The notes under the pieces: model-generated | Seen by the model: the letters and a program-made list of their open reading frames with translations, nothing else | Told to the model about the DNA's origin: nothing | Databases searched by the model: none | From: an uncultured Eggerthellaceae bacterium | Lineage (GTDB): Bacteria > Actinomycetota > Coriobacteriia > Coriobacteriales > Eggerthellaceae | Length of the DNA stretch: 64,000 nt | Direction: 5' to 3' | NCBI GenBank assembly: GCA_947626195.1 | Contig: CANQRF010000007.1 | Coordinates: 15,948-79,947 of the forward strand | Made by a program: the position numbers and the translations under genes | In this document: piece by piece, positions 47,084 through 55,746 of the stretch | How positions within the stretch are numbered: position 1 is the stretch's first letter | How the letters are laid out: the number at the start of each line of letters is the position of its first letter

Positions 47084-47991
47084 CGCCGGAGGGAGATCAG
47101 ACCTCTCCTCTTTCGCCGCTCGCTTCGGTGAAGGCGACGCGCGAGCTTCTCGAGCGATACGGATTGCACACGAACAAGGCGCTCGGACAGCATTTCCTCA
47201 TAAGCGACGGCGTGGTGAGAAAGATCCTCGCACTTGCGGAGGTGGCTCCTGATGACGTCATTCTCGAGATCGGGCCCGGCATCGGCACGTTGACCACCGC
47301 ACTGCTCAAACGCGGCGCCACCGTGATTGCCGTGGAGCGCGATGCGAAGCTGGTTCCCGTTCTTGAGGATGTGTGCTCACCACGGCGCGAGCAGCTTGTT
47401 CTTATTCAGGGAGACGCGCTCGAACTCACCCCGCGTTCTGAGCAGCTGCTCGCGATGCCCTTCAAGCTCGTCTCAAATCTTCCCTATGCGGTGGCGGCGA
47501 CTCTCGTGCTCTCCTGCTTCGAACGCTTCGACATGCTGACCGATGCCACCGTGATGGTGCAGCGCGAGGTCTATGAGCGGATGTGCGCCCGTCCTTCGAC
47601 CAAGGCATATGGCGCCTACACCGTGAAGCTTTCGCTCTATGCCGAGACGACCGGCAGTTTCTCCGTGGGATCGCAGAACTTCTTTCCCCCGCCGCGCGTT
47701 GAAAGCACGGTGGTTCGCTTCGAGCGCACGACGCGCCTTGCCGGCGTCACGGCAGCGCAAAGGCGCGCGACAGCCATCGTGGCCGACGCGGCTTTCTCAT
47801 CTCGCCGCAAGACCTTGCAAAACGCCCTGCGCGGATACTTCTCCTCGCACGGCGATGCGTACGCGGCAGCACTCGAGGTGCTTCCCGAAACGTTCGCAAT
47901 GTGCGGCATCGACCCGAAGCGGCGCGGGGAAACGCTTGACGTCCATGAATTTTTGACGTTGGGTTGGGCACTGGCCCCTTTCTTACCTTGA
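47080..47991 (+). CDS. rsmA: 16S rRNA (adenine1518/1519-N6)-dimethyltransferase
   Basis: LGQHFL, SAM site VILEIGPGIGTLT and NLPY motif (VSNLPYAVA). Confidence 0.9.
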   Translation: MTPEGDQTSPLSPLASVKATRELLERYGLHTNKALGQHFLISDGVVRKILALAEVAPDDVILEIGPGIGTLTTALLKRGATVIAVERDAKLVPVLEDVCSPRREQLVLIQGDALELTPRSEQLLAMPFKLVSNLPYAVAATLVLSCFERFDMLTDATVMVQREVYERMCARPSTKAYGAYTVKLSLYAETTGSFSVGSQNFFPPPRVESTVVRFERTTRLAGVTAAQRRATAIVADAAFSSRRKTLQNALRGYFSSHGDAYAAALEVLPETFAMCGIDPKRRGETLDVHEFLTLGWALAPFLP

Positions 47992-48044
47992 TTCGCGTGG
48001 TATAATGCTGCTGCAAGTTATGCGTGGTTGTAAGGAAGCGTTCT

Positions 48045-48377
48045 ATGGATTTAGCGAAACAGGCGAAAATCGTCGATTCGATTCATGACACCTTAAACGA
48101 TCTCGTTGGCCAGCGCCTCAAGGTGCGAGCGAACATGGGCCGTTCCAAGATCATCGAAAGCGAAGGCGTGTTGACGCAGGTTCATCCGCAGCTCTTCATC
48201 ATGGAAGTCGACCGCAAACGCGGCCGCACGGCACGTCAGTCGTTCCAGTATGTGGACGTGCTTACGGGCACGGTGGAGCTTTCCCAAGGCGGGGAGCCGA
48301 TCTTCGCCCCCTTCATCGAGGAAGACTCTATCGAGGAAAACTTTGCGGTTGAAAACGCTTCCAAGCGTATTTTATAG
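48045..48377 (+). CDS. veg: Veg family protein
   Basis: VGQRLKVRANMGRSKIIESEGVLTQVHPQLFIMEV...QSFQYVDVLTGTVEL parallels Bacillus Veg. It sits in the conserved position after rsmA. The start is probably ATG 48045 rather than the GTG at 48024. Confidence 0.8.
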   Translation: MDLAKQAKIVDSIHDTLNDLVGQRLKVRANMGRSKIIESEGVLTQVHPQLFIMEVDRKRGRTARQSFQYVDVLTGTVELSQGGEPIFAPFIEEDSIEENFAVENASKRIL

Positions 48378-48440
48378 CGGTAATCATTGCATTTTGCCGC
48401 CATTGCCTTACAATACGTTTTTGCGCTCTGCGCGAATTCT

Positions 48441-48516
48441 GGGGATGTAGCTCAGCTGGGAGAGCATCACGTTCGCAACGTGGGGGCCGAGGGTTCGAAT
48501 CCCTTCATCTCCACCA
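48441..48516 (+). tRNA. tRNA-Ala (anticodon CGC)
   Basis: Manual cloverleaf: acceptor GGGGATG/CATCTCC with the G3:U70 Ala identity pair, D-arm GCTC-AGCTGGGA-GAGC, anticodon loop TT-CGC-AA, T-arm GAGGG-TTCGAAT-CCCTT, and an encoded CCA. Confidence 0.9.
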
Positions 48517-48524
48517 GATCATTC

Positions 48525-48551
48525 AGGTCCGGAATATTCCGGACCTTTTTC
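48525..48551 (+). terminator. Rho-independent terminator after tRNA-Ala
   Basis: Perfect palindrome AGGTCCGGAAT/ATTCCGGACCT followed by TTTTT. Confidence 0.65.
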
Positions 48552-48562
48552 ATTTCCTTTGT

Positions 48563-48592
48563 TGGTAAAGGAGTGGAGGGATTCGAACCCTG
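48563..48592 (-). other. Inverted, diverged copy of a tRNA 3' end (T-arm + acceptor + CCA-like)
   Basis: The minus strand reads CAGGGTTCGAATCCCTCCACTCCTTTACCA, against the tRNA-Ala 3' end GAGGGTTCGAATCCCTTCATCTCCACCA. No D-arm or anticodon arm lies upstream, so it is not a complete tRNA. Confidence 0.4.
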
Positions 48593-48660
48593 AGAGAACA
48601 ACGAGGGGGGCTCGACCAAGCGTGGGCGCAGTCGTCTACGAAATGCTCCAGAGAATAGGC

Positions 48661-49914
48661 CTATTTATGCTTACGGAAGGGCAAGGCTCCCCAAAGAATA
48701 GAAAGAACTAAGATGAGCACCATGAGAGCGCCGAAAGTCGGATAGAGTTCGTACGAGGCAAAACCGGTGACCGCCATTGAGTAGGTGAGCACTTGTGAGG
48801 AAGCACTGACTGCCAGACCATTCGACGTAGCGACCACTGACGTGGCCATACCCGTTTTTGTCGTTGGGACGATTTCGGTGCAATAGGTATAGAAGAAGCA
48901 GAAATAAAACGCCCAACCGAGACCCGCCACGATAAGCATGGCCGCGACTATGACCATCGAATCGGTCCAGGCAAGAACGAAAAAGGCAAGGGCAATGGCG
49001 GCAAGACCGGGGATATAGACGCGATTGGCCATTCGCTTGTAGAAGAATCCAAACACGAAAGATCCTGCGGCAGTCGAAAGTGTGAGAACGCTTGTGAGCA
49101 TGCCGATATAAGCCTCGTCGCCTATGCCCTTATCGGCCACATAGACACCGATTAGATAGAGAATGATGTAGTAGAACAACGCCACAAAAAACACTTGCAT
49201 CGTGAGTGGTACGAGCACCACCCACCAACGGGGCGAGACCGACCCCACCCTGGATGAGGGCTTTATTTCGACCGGAACCGATGCCTCGGCTATGGGCAAC
49301 GTCTCGTCGAGCACTTTTTCGGCAGCCTCGCGTGGCGGGAACGCCGGCAAAAAAGCAATCAGCATGATGAGCACGGGAATGGCGAGCCAATAGGTCTCAT
49401 AGGCCAGCTCCCATCCGCCGAGGGCCAGATAGCCCGCCACTGAAGCGAGAATCGCCCCGAGAACCGACATGCAGGAGTTGTACCATCCAACATATCGCGC
49501 GTGTCTCTCATCGTCGCTGAACATATCGGCGAGGATAGCGAAGGCTGCCGTGTTTGTTATGCCCCAGCCTACTCCGGTGGCGAGCAGACGCATGGCTACG
49601 AAGTACAAAACATTGTCATAGGCAATTCCGAAAACCGCCGAGAGCGTGAAAATCAGAAAACCGACAATCATAATGACGCGTTTATCGGCGTGGTCGCATA
49701 AATAGCCGGCGACGAGCCCAAATGGCAGACCGATGAGCGCGGGGCCGGTAATGCCAAGATTCACCAGCCACAGCGGCGAATCGGCGAAGGCCTCGTAGAC
49801 ATTGGCGACGATAGGGCTTATGACGAGGTCTCCCATCGTGCACATTGACGAGAGAAAAAGCGCTACGAGAGAGAGCGCCAAACGCAGCCTTGAAACGTTG
49901 GAAGCATCTGCCAT
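48661..49914 (-). CDS. MFS transporter (12 TM)
   Basis: 417 aa with two 6-TM halves separated by a polar central loop (PPREAAEKVLDETLPIAEASVPVE). Confidence 0.8.
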   Translation of the reverse strand: MADASNVSRLRLALSLVALFLSSMCTMGDLVISPIVANVYEAFADSPLWLVNLGITGPALIGLPFGLVAGYLCDHADKRVIMIVGFLIFTLSAVFGIAYDNVLYFVAMRLLATGVGWGITNTAAFAILADMFSDDERHARYVGWYNSCMSVLGAILASVAGYLALGGWELAYETYWLAIPVLIMLIAFLPAFPPREAAEKVLDETLPIAEASVPVEIKPSSRVGSVSPRWWVVLVPLTMQVFFVALFYYIILYLIGVYVADKGIGDEAYIGMLTSVLTLSTAAGSFVFGFFYKRMANRVYIPGLAAIALAFFVLAWTDSMVIVAAMLIVAGLGWAFYFCFFYTYCTEIVPTTKTGMATSVVATSNGLAVSASSQVLTYSMAVTGFASYELYPTFGALMVLILVLSILWGALPFRKHK

Positions 49915-49979
49915 CTATCAATCCCTCTTCATTGACCGCGTCACGCATAACTACGCCAGAAGCATCACGGCACGTTTCG

Positions 49980-51599
49980 TTATGCCTCGTAGACCACTTG
50001 GCCGTCGACAATCGTGAGCGCCACTTTGGCCTCAAGAAGCTCTGCGGGTGTCGATTTAAAGAGGTTTCGGTCCATCACGACCACATCAGCTCGCTTCCCC
50101 CGCTCCAGAGAGCCTATTTCACGCTCATAGCTTTCGGCATAGGCTGAACCATAGGTATATGCCTGGAGAGCCTGAGCCAACGAAATCCGCTGTTCAGGAA
50201 CAAATCCTCCCTCAGGCTTTCCGTCCCAGGGCTGGCAGCGCGTCGTTGCCGCAAACAGTCCTTCCATCGGATTGAACTTCCAGACGGGCACATCGGTGCC
50301 AAACGCGAGAATGGCATTGGCATCCAGCAACGACTTTTGCGGCCACATATACGGCACCCATCTCTCACCGAGAATCTTCGGATACCCCTCAACATTGTGC
50401 ACCGAATGAATCGGCTGCATCGAAGCGACGACACCGAGCTTGGCGAAACGACCCATATCCTCTGGTCGGCAGCTCTCTATGTGCTCAATGCAATTGTGAT
50501 GGCCTTTGAATCCCTGCTCGACACCCACGCGCTCGAATACATCAAGGGCCTGTTTGACAGCTCCGTTGCCGATGCAATGGAGCCGAACGGGATAGCCAGC
50601 AGCATCCGCTTGACGCACGAGGTCGAGCAACTCCTCATAGCTCACGGTCGGCTCTCCGCAAGTGGCCGGATCATCAGCATAGGGCTCGGTCAGGTAGCCC
50701 GTGTGGGCCTCGCAAACACCGTCGGTGATGAGCTTTACGCCGCCGAAGCGCACATGCTTACCATGGATGTGCTCTTCGCACCACTTCGCCCCCTCAAGGC
50801 CGTCCGTCATCTTTGGAAAGATCGTCAACCGCAGCGGTAGTTTCCCTCGTGCGTCGAAGTCGTTGAAGATCTCAACATGGGCGTGCTCCTCGACTCCGCC
50901 ATAAGGCCACACGACACCTACTGCCGTTACGCCGTGGGAGAGACATTCGCCAAATGTCAGATTGAGCGCCCGATCCAAGTCGGCCGAAACATTGCCGAGA
51001 CCCCAAACAGGGTCGCACGCGGGCGGTTCGAAAAGCAAGCCGCTTAGGCTCCCATCGTCATTGCGGCCGATATAGCCGGAATCAGGATCGGACATCTCGG
51101 GCGTATAGCCTGCTGCCTTAAGGGCTGCGCTGTTGGTCCAGCCAGTGTGCATATCCCAAGAGGCGAAATAGGCAGGACGGTCACCCACTAACTCATCGAG
51201 CAGCTCCTTTGTGGGCTTTTCGCCCTCATCCCATCCATCGAAGTTGAGATCGCTGCCCACGATCCACTTGTTCTCAGGATGCTCGGCGGCAAATTCTCGG
51301 ATAGCCACAACGACCTCTTCTTTAGTCGTCTTGCCTTCCAGCGAAAGGGTGAAATCCTCATCTTTCATGATGCCGTTTTGAAGGAAATGGGTATGGGCGT
51401 CATTGAAACCAGGGCACACGAGCGCATCCCCCGCGTCAATGACTCGGGTATCGATGCCGGCATAGAAGGGCGCTTGGTCTTGAGGCACAACGTCGACGAT
51501 GCGGCCATCAGCGATGATAACGGCTCCTCCACGCACATGAAGCGTATTGCCGGTGAAAATAGTTGTGGAATTGATGATGATATCTGCCGATACTGCCAC
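49980..51599 (-). CDS. Amidohydrolase-3 family metal-dependent hydrolase (YtcJ-like)
   Basis: ADIIINSTTIFTGN...IADGRIVDV...PGFNDAHTHFLQNG (HxH metal site) ...HCIGNGAV...HIESC...FGTDVPV. I set the start at GTG 51599 because AAAGGAG lies 5 nt upstream. The listed 797-aa ORF extends further in frame (see next feature). Confidence 0.75.
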   Translation of the reverse strand: MAVSADIIINSTTIFTGNTLHVRGGAVIIADGRIVDVVPQDQAPFYAGIDTRVIDAGDALVCPGFNDAHTHFLQNGIMKDEDFTLSLEGKTTKEEVVVAIREFAAEHPENKWIVGSDLNFDGWDEGEKPTKELLDELVGDRPAYFASWDMHTGWTNSAALKAAGYTPEMSDPDSGYIGRNDDGSLSGLLFEPPACDPVWGLGNVSADLDRALNLTFGECLSHGVTAVGVVWPYGGVEEHAHVEIFNDFDARGKLPLRLTIFPKMTDGLEGAKWCEEHIHGKHVRFGGVKLITDGVCEAHTGYLTEPYADDPATCGEPTVSYEELLDLVRQADAAGYPVRLHCIGNGAVKQALDVFERVGVEQGFKGHHNCIEHIESCRPEDMGRFAKLGVVASMQPIHSVHNVEGYPKILGERWVPYMWPQKSLLDANAILAFGTDVPVWKFNPMEGLFAATTRCQPWDGKPEGGFVPEQRISLAQALQAYTYGSAYAESYEREIGSLERGKRADVVVMDRNLFKSTPAELLEAKVALTIVDGQVVYEA

Positions 51600-51728
51600 G
51601 ATAACTCCTTTCGATAGACTCTTAAGAAGAGGGGCTGCACCAGAATCACTTCCGATACTTATAAAGAGGAGGAATCGGATACGTCGAAGTTCGTCCATGG
51701 CCTCCTCGGCCTCCTCTTCGACATCCAC

Positions 51729-52373
51729 CGTGCGAGCCTGACGGTTCTTGCGAATCGCGAGCAGGTAAAGCAGCGAGACGGCTCCGACGGCAAGAAGCAC
51801 GTAACCGAAGATCGGCCAGGCCTGAACGGCTGTCATTCCCGTTGCCCCCATAATGCTCGTGATGAGGTAAGAGGAACCGGTGGCGGCCAAACCATCGGAA
51901 AAGGCCACTATCGAGGTAGCCGTACCGGCCTTGGAGGAGGGCACGAGCTCAGTGACCCTGACATAGAAATAGCAGAAGTAGAACGGCCAGAAGAAACCGG
52001 ACACGACGACGCCGGTAATGGCCACAATCGCGCTCGGGAAAAAGCCCATGCCAATGAAGCAGAATGCAATGATGGCAACGGCGGGGATATAGACGAAGCT
52101 TTTCATTTTCTTGTAGACCGAGCCGAAGATGAATGACCCAATAGCGGTCGCAATCGTAGAGGCCGAGGCGAGCATGCCGATGAAGGCCTCGTCGCCCACT
52201 CCAGCATCGACAACGTATACGGCGATCATGTAAAGCATCACAAAGTAGCAGATGGCGATAAAAAGCACCTGCACAGCCAGCGGCAACGTCTTGACCCACC
52301 AATTCTTCGGGACAGAAACTTGGACAGTTCCCGAATCTTGGGCTGTCTTCTGTGCATCGCATTTCTGTTCCAT
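51729..52373 (-). pseudogene. Remnant of an MFS transporter gene (C-terminal six-TM half only), in frame with the amidohydrolase ORF
   Basis: Residues 1 to about 215 of ORF 49980-52373 align along their length with the C-terminal half of the MFS at 48661-49914 (PKNWWVKTLPLAVQVLFIAICYF... versus SPRWWVVLVPLTMQVFFVALFYY...). No N-terminal half exists upstream. Confidence 0.5.
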
Positions 52374-53684
52374 GACGCAGTGGATCGCCTGCTTATCACT
52401 CCCCTCAAGATAACCAGCGCCATCGGCCTTTCGGTGTCGACAGCGCTGATGATACTTGGAGAGACCCTTGATGTGCCGGGGCTTATCTATGCCTTTTCCG
52501 CATTAACTGGCTTGTTCTCGGGCATCATGGCTCAACAGTGGATCATCGCCTATCGTCGCATTAGTCTGCGTGATCTCATCTGCAGCTTCCCAATGCTCAT
52601 CACGGTGGCTATTGGCACCTGCGTCACCGTCATGTATCTACCATCACCATTCATCACCGGAACAGCGATTGCTTTGCCTTGCGCCTCCGGCATCGCTCTT
52701 CATTCAGTTCGCCGTTATCTCTTCCCACTTACCGACGATGTGATAGACCCGAAAAACCGCCCCCTTCATTTTATGATCGCGCTGCTACCTATAATTGTCT
52801 TTTATCTCTCGACGGGATTCTTTGACTTCTTCTCCGTTGCAAGTCCCTACACGTTTTTCTTCTATGCCGCGATCGCGGTGATCCCCCTCGCCATCGCGGC
52901 GGGATTCATCCTTTTGCAAAATCGTGCAAGCATCATGTCCTGCCTTGTCATCCCCTCTCTTGTCCTTACTGCGATCCTCACACCGATGTTTTGGTCTTCC
53001 GCGCTCTTGCCGGCCTCCAACTTCATAGCCGTAGGCGAATTGGGCACCGAAATCGTGCTATTCCTACTGACCGTGGGATTGGCATCCTATTTCGAGCTCT
53101 CGGCGCTTAAGATCTATGGGCTTGCCCGCGCAGTTGCGGTCGTGTTCACAACGGTAGGTTGGTACATGGCTGCGTTTTTCAACGACCATTTCGACAACCT
53201 CATAAACTCCCAGGCATCGTATGCTCTGATATTCATTGGCATCGAAATGCTGGCTGTGCTTCTCATCGTGTCCACAGTCGCCGCGCGTCGGCGGCTCGAC
53301 GCTACCGATCCTGCTCCTCTAAGCATCCCCACCGGCAATGTCGCACAGCAGGTTGTCGCAAACAAAAGAGAAAGGCGCGAGCTGAGCGAACTCGAACACG
53401 AACAGGACGCAACCAAGGCGACGGATGATGAGGCCACCGCCAATACGCATGGATTTGAACATCGTATCTCCACATTGAGCGACCAATACGGCCTTTCGGC
53501 TCGCGAACGCGACGTATTGAGGCTTTTGGCGCGCGGGTATTCGGCAGCCCGCATCCAAAATGAGCTCTATATCTCTTCCGGCACGGTGAACTTTCACAGC
53601 CATAACATATATACGAAGCTCGGCGTCCACTCAAAACAGGAAATCATCGCTCTCATATTCGATCAGGATACACAAACACCATGA
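52320..53684 (+). CDS. Membrane-embedded LuxR-family transcriptional regulator (multi-TM sensor + C-terminal HTH)
   Basis: About 330 aa of hydrophobic helices, then a LuxR/GerE HTH (LSARERDVLRLLARGYSAARIQNELYISSGTVNFHSHNIYTKLGV). The start is uncertain; the first 54 nt overlap the MFS remnant. Confidence 0.75.
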   Translation: MDSSRILGCLLCIAFLFHDAVDRLLITPLKITSAIGLSVSTALMILGETLDVPGLIYAFSALTGLFSGIMAQQWIIAYRRISLRDLICSFPMLITVAIGTCVTVMYLPSPFITGTAIALPCASGIALHSVRRYLFPLTDDVIDPKNRPLHFMIALLPIIVFYLSTGFFDFFSVASPYTFFFYAAIAVIPLAIAAGFILLQNRASIMSCLVIPSLVLTAILTPMFWSSALLPASNFIAVGELGTEIVLFLLTVGLASYFELSALKIYGLARAVAVVFTTVGWYMAAFFNDHFDNLINSQASYALIFIGIEMLAVLLIVSTVAARRRLDATDPAPLSIPTGNVAQQVVANKRERRELSELEHEQDATKATDDEATANTHGFEHRISTLSDQYGLSARERDVLRLLARGYSAARIQNELYISSGTVNFHSHNIYTKLGVHSKQEIIALIFDQDTQTP

Positions 53685-53775
53685 AGTTGCATGCGCCGCA
53701 TGCTTGCCTGCGCCGGCTATGAGCTTGGTGCCATAATCTTCAGTCATTTTTTAGGTCCAATGAATGCTTGAGGTC

Positions 53776-54060
53776 TTAAGAAGACGCGGCGAGTTCTCGA
53801 TCGATTGCGTGGCGATAAAACTCAGATTTTGTAAGACCCGTGCTGTGAATCGCACGCTCGATTGCGCGGACTCTCGATTTGGGAAGCCGAAACGACACCG
53901 TCACAAGCTCATCGGATGCCTGTTCGGGTATTCCAACCACAACGTTTTCCAGATGTCCTTCCCATTGGCCATTTTCCCATTCTGCGGCCATAGTCTCTAA
54001 GGCATCGTCATCAACCACGTTGCCATCTTGAAGTTTGTATTCCATAGCCTTCTCCATCAT
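53776..54060 (-). CDS. Ribbon-helix-helix (CopG-like) antitoxin candidate
   Basis: 94 aa. The C-terminal VSFRLPKSRVRAIERAIHSTGLTKSEFYRHAIDREL fits a beta-strand plus two helices RHH pattern. It has a 4-nt overlap with the upstream small gene. Confidence 0.55.
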   Translation of the reverse strand: MMEKAMEYKLQDGNVVDDDALETMAAEWENGQWEGHLENVVVGIPEQASDELVTVSFRLPKSRVRAIERAIHSTGLTKSEFYRHAIDRELAASS

Positions 54061-54329
54061 GCAAGATTTGTTTCTTTGAGCGTCTTTCTCGATGGCGGTG
54101 TCATACAGTGGAACACCAGCGGAGTGCCATCTTCCTGAACAACGGCAACCATTTCAAGCAATCGGCCATGCGCGTCAAACCCTACAGCTACCATTTGATC
54201 CGAATGCTCCGTCCGCCTCGTGGCGGTTGCCACTCTGCTCATCCACGCATGAGCTACGTCATCCGGTGCGATCTCGGGATGACGTTCGAAAACCCTTCCA
54301 TGAACAACGATCTGTGAATACACAGCCAA
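54057..54329 (-). CDS. Small toxin candidate of a two-gene TA-like pair (BrnT/BrnA-like gene order; family not firmly recognised)
   Basis: 90 aa and translationally coupled to the RHH gene. The block VGFDAHGRLLEMVAVVQEDGTPLVFHCM resembles small actinobacterial toxin-annotated proteins. Assignment rests on context. Confidence 0.4.
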   Translation of the reverse strand: MAVYSQIVVHGRVFERHPEIAPDDVAHAWMSRVATATRRTEHSDQMVAVGFDAHGRLLEMVAVVQEDGTPLVFHCMTPPSRKTLKETNLA

Positions 54330-54493
54330 TACCTTTCATATAATGCATTGCTGCATTATATTACTGCAATGCATCTTTCGCAAGATTCTCACCAAGCGCT
54401 GACAGGGCAAACTCATGGAGAAGAAATCTGAACCTGCATTATCAAGCAAATTACCTGCTTTCCTCAGCGGCATGAAGGTTCATAATATGCCGC

Positions 54494-55720
54494 ATGACAG
54501 ACGAGAACCACGATACGCATCAATCGCAGGGCACCGGCGGCTCCGCCCGGCAAGCTGGCGTTTTCCACCGCGTCGGCGCCTTCGCCAAACGGCACGTCGT
54601 TTTGACCATCGCCGTCGTCGCGGTCATCGCCACCATGATCTTCGTGCCGCCCGACGGCGCCTATCTCGATTATGTTGAGTGGAACACCCTCGGCCAGCTG
54701 TTTTGCGTGCTCGCCGTCGCGAATTCCCTGCGCTTCTCGGGCGCGTTCGACCATGTGGCGCACTGGACCGTCGCGCGCTTTAAGACCCCGCGGCTCATCG
54801 TGCTGGTGCTCGTTCTTTTCACCGGCGTCATCGCCACCGTGGCCACCAACGATCTCACGCTTCTCGTGATGCTGCCCTTCACGGCAACCTCGCTCATCCA
54901 ATCGGGCTGGGAGCGCTTCTGCGCGCCCGCTTTCCTCCTCGAATGCCTCTCGGCGAACCTCTGCGGCATGATCATGCCGTTCGGTAACCCGCACAACCTC
55001 TATCTCTATTCTTATTATTCCATCGGCTTCGTGGATTTCCTCGCCGTGATGGCCGCACCCTTCGCCGTCTCAATGGTGCTGATCGTCAGCTGCACATTCA
55101 TCGCTACGCGGAATGCGAAAGGTGCCTCGATCCACGCCGATGCCACGCAGAACGACCTTCCTCCGCTCGATAAACGTCGGCTTGCCATCAGCCTCGTGCT
55201 GCTGTTTCTCACGGCGTTGGCCGTATTTCGCGTGATCCCCGTTTACGTGGCGGTTGTCGTGGTTCTTATCGTGATGCTGGCGATAGACCCAAGCGTGCTG
55301 AAAGCCGTCGACTACCCCCTGCTCCTCACATTCATCTGCTTCTTCGTCTTTGCGGGAAACATGGCGCGCATGCCGTTTCTTCAGGAATGGCTCGGTAGCT
55401 TCATGGCAGCCGACGGCCTGCTCACTTCGGTGCTTCTCAGCCAAGTTATCAGCAACGTGCCCACCTCGGTGCTGCTTTCGCATTTCACCAGCGCGTGGCC
55501 CGCGTTGGTCGTGGGAACGAACATCGGCGGCACGGGGTCGCTCGTCGGATCGCTGGCGAATCTCATCACCTTCCGCACGTTCATGAACACGCGAAACCTC
55601 TTCCCCGACCACCGCGACGACCCGTGGCTCACGGCGGGTGCCTATTTCAAGCCCTATCTCATCCTGAACTTTGGATTTCTCATCGTGCTCTTCGCCGTGA
55701 GCCGCCTTTGCGAAATATAA
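54494..55720 (+). CDS. ArsB/NhaD-superfamily anion permease (YbiR/citrate-transporter-like)
   Basis: 408 aa with about 10-12 TM, an N-terminal IFVPPDGAYLDYVEWNTLGQLF block, and GTNIGGTGSLVGSLANLI near the C-terminus, typical of this superfamily. Confidence 0.6.
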   Translation: MTDENHDTHQSQGTGGSARQAGVFHRVGAFAKRHVVLTIAVVAVIATMIFVPPDGAYLDYVEWNTLGQLFCVLAVANSLRFSGAFDHVAHWTVARFKTPRLIVLVLVLFTGVIATVATNDLTLLVMLPFTATSLIQSGWERFCAPAFLLECLSANLCGMIMPFGNPHNLYLYSYYSIGFVDFLAVMAAPFAVSMVLIVSCTFIATRNAKGASIHADATQNDLPPLDKRRLAISLVLLFLTALAVFRVIPVYVAVVVVLIVMLAIDPSVLKAVDYPLLLTFICFFVFAGNMARMPFLQEWLGSFMAADGLLTSVLLSQVISNVPTSVLLSHFTSAWPALVVGTNIGGTGSLVGSLANLITFRTFMNTRNLFPDHRDDPWLTAGAYFKPYLILNFGFLIVLFAVSRLCEI

Positions 55721-55746
55721 CCCGCGAAAAGCGCTACAATGCACGA

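Noticed and set aside
48561-48660. Possible complete minus-strand tRNA gene next to tRNA-Ala.
   Set aside because: Only a T-arm/acceptor-like 3' portion is present. No complementary 5' acceptor strand, D-arm or anticodon arm could be folded from the upstream sequence.
49980-52373. Single 797-aa MFS-amidohydrolase fusion protein as listed in the ORF track.
   Set aside because: The N-terminal part is only half of an MFS fold. A lower-GC linker and a strong AAAGGAG-N5-GTG start at 51599 precede a complete amidohydrolase. I therefore call a remnant plus a separate CDS, with the fusion alternative kept as a finding.
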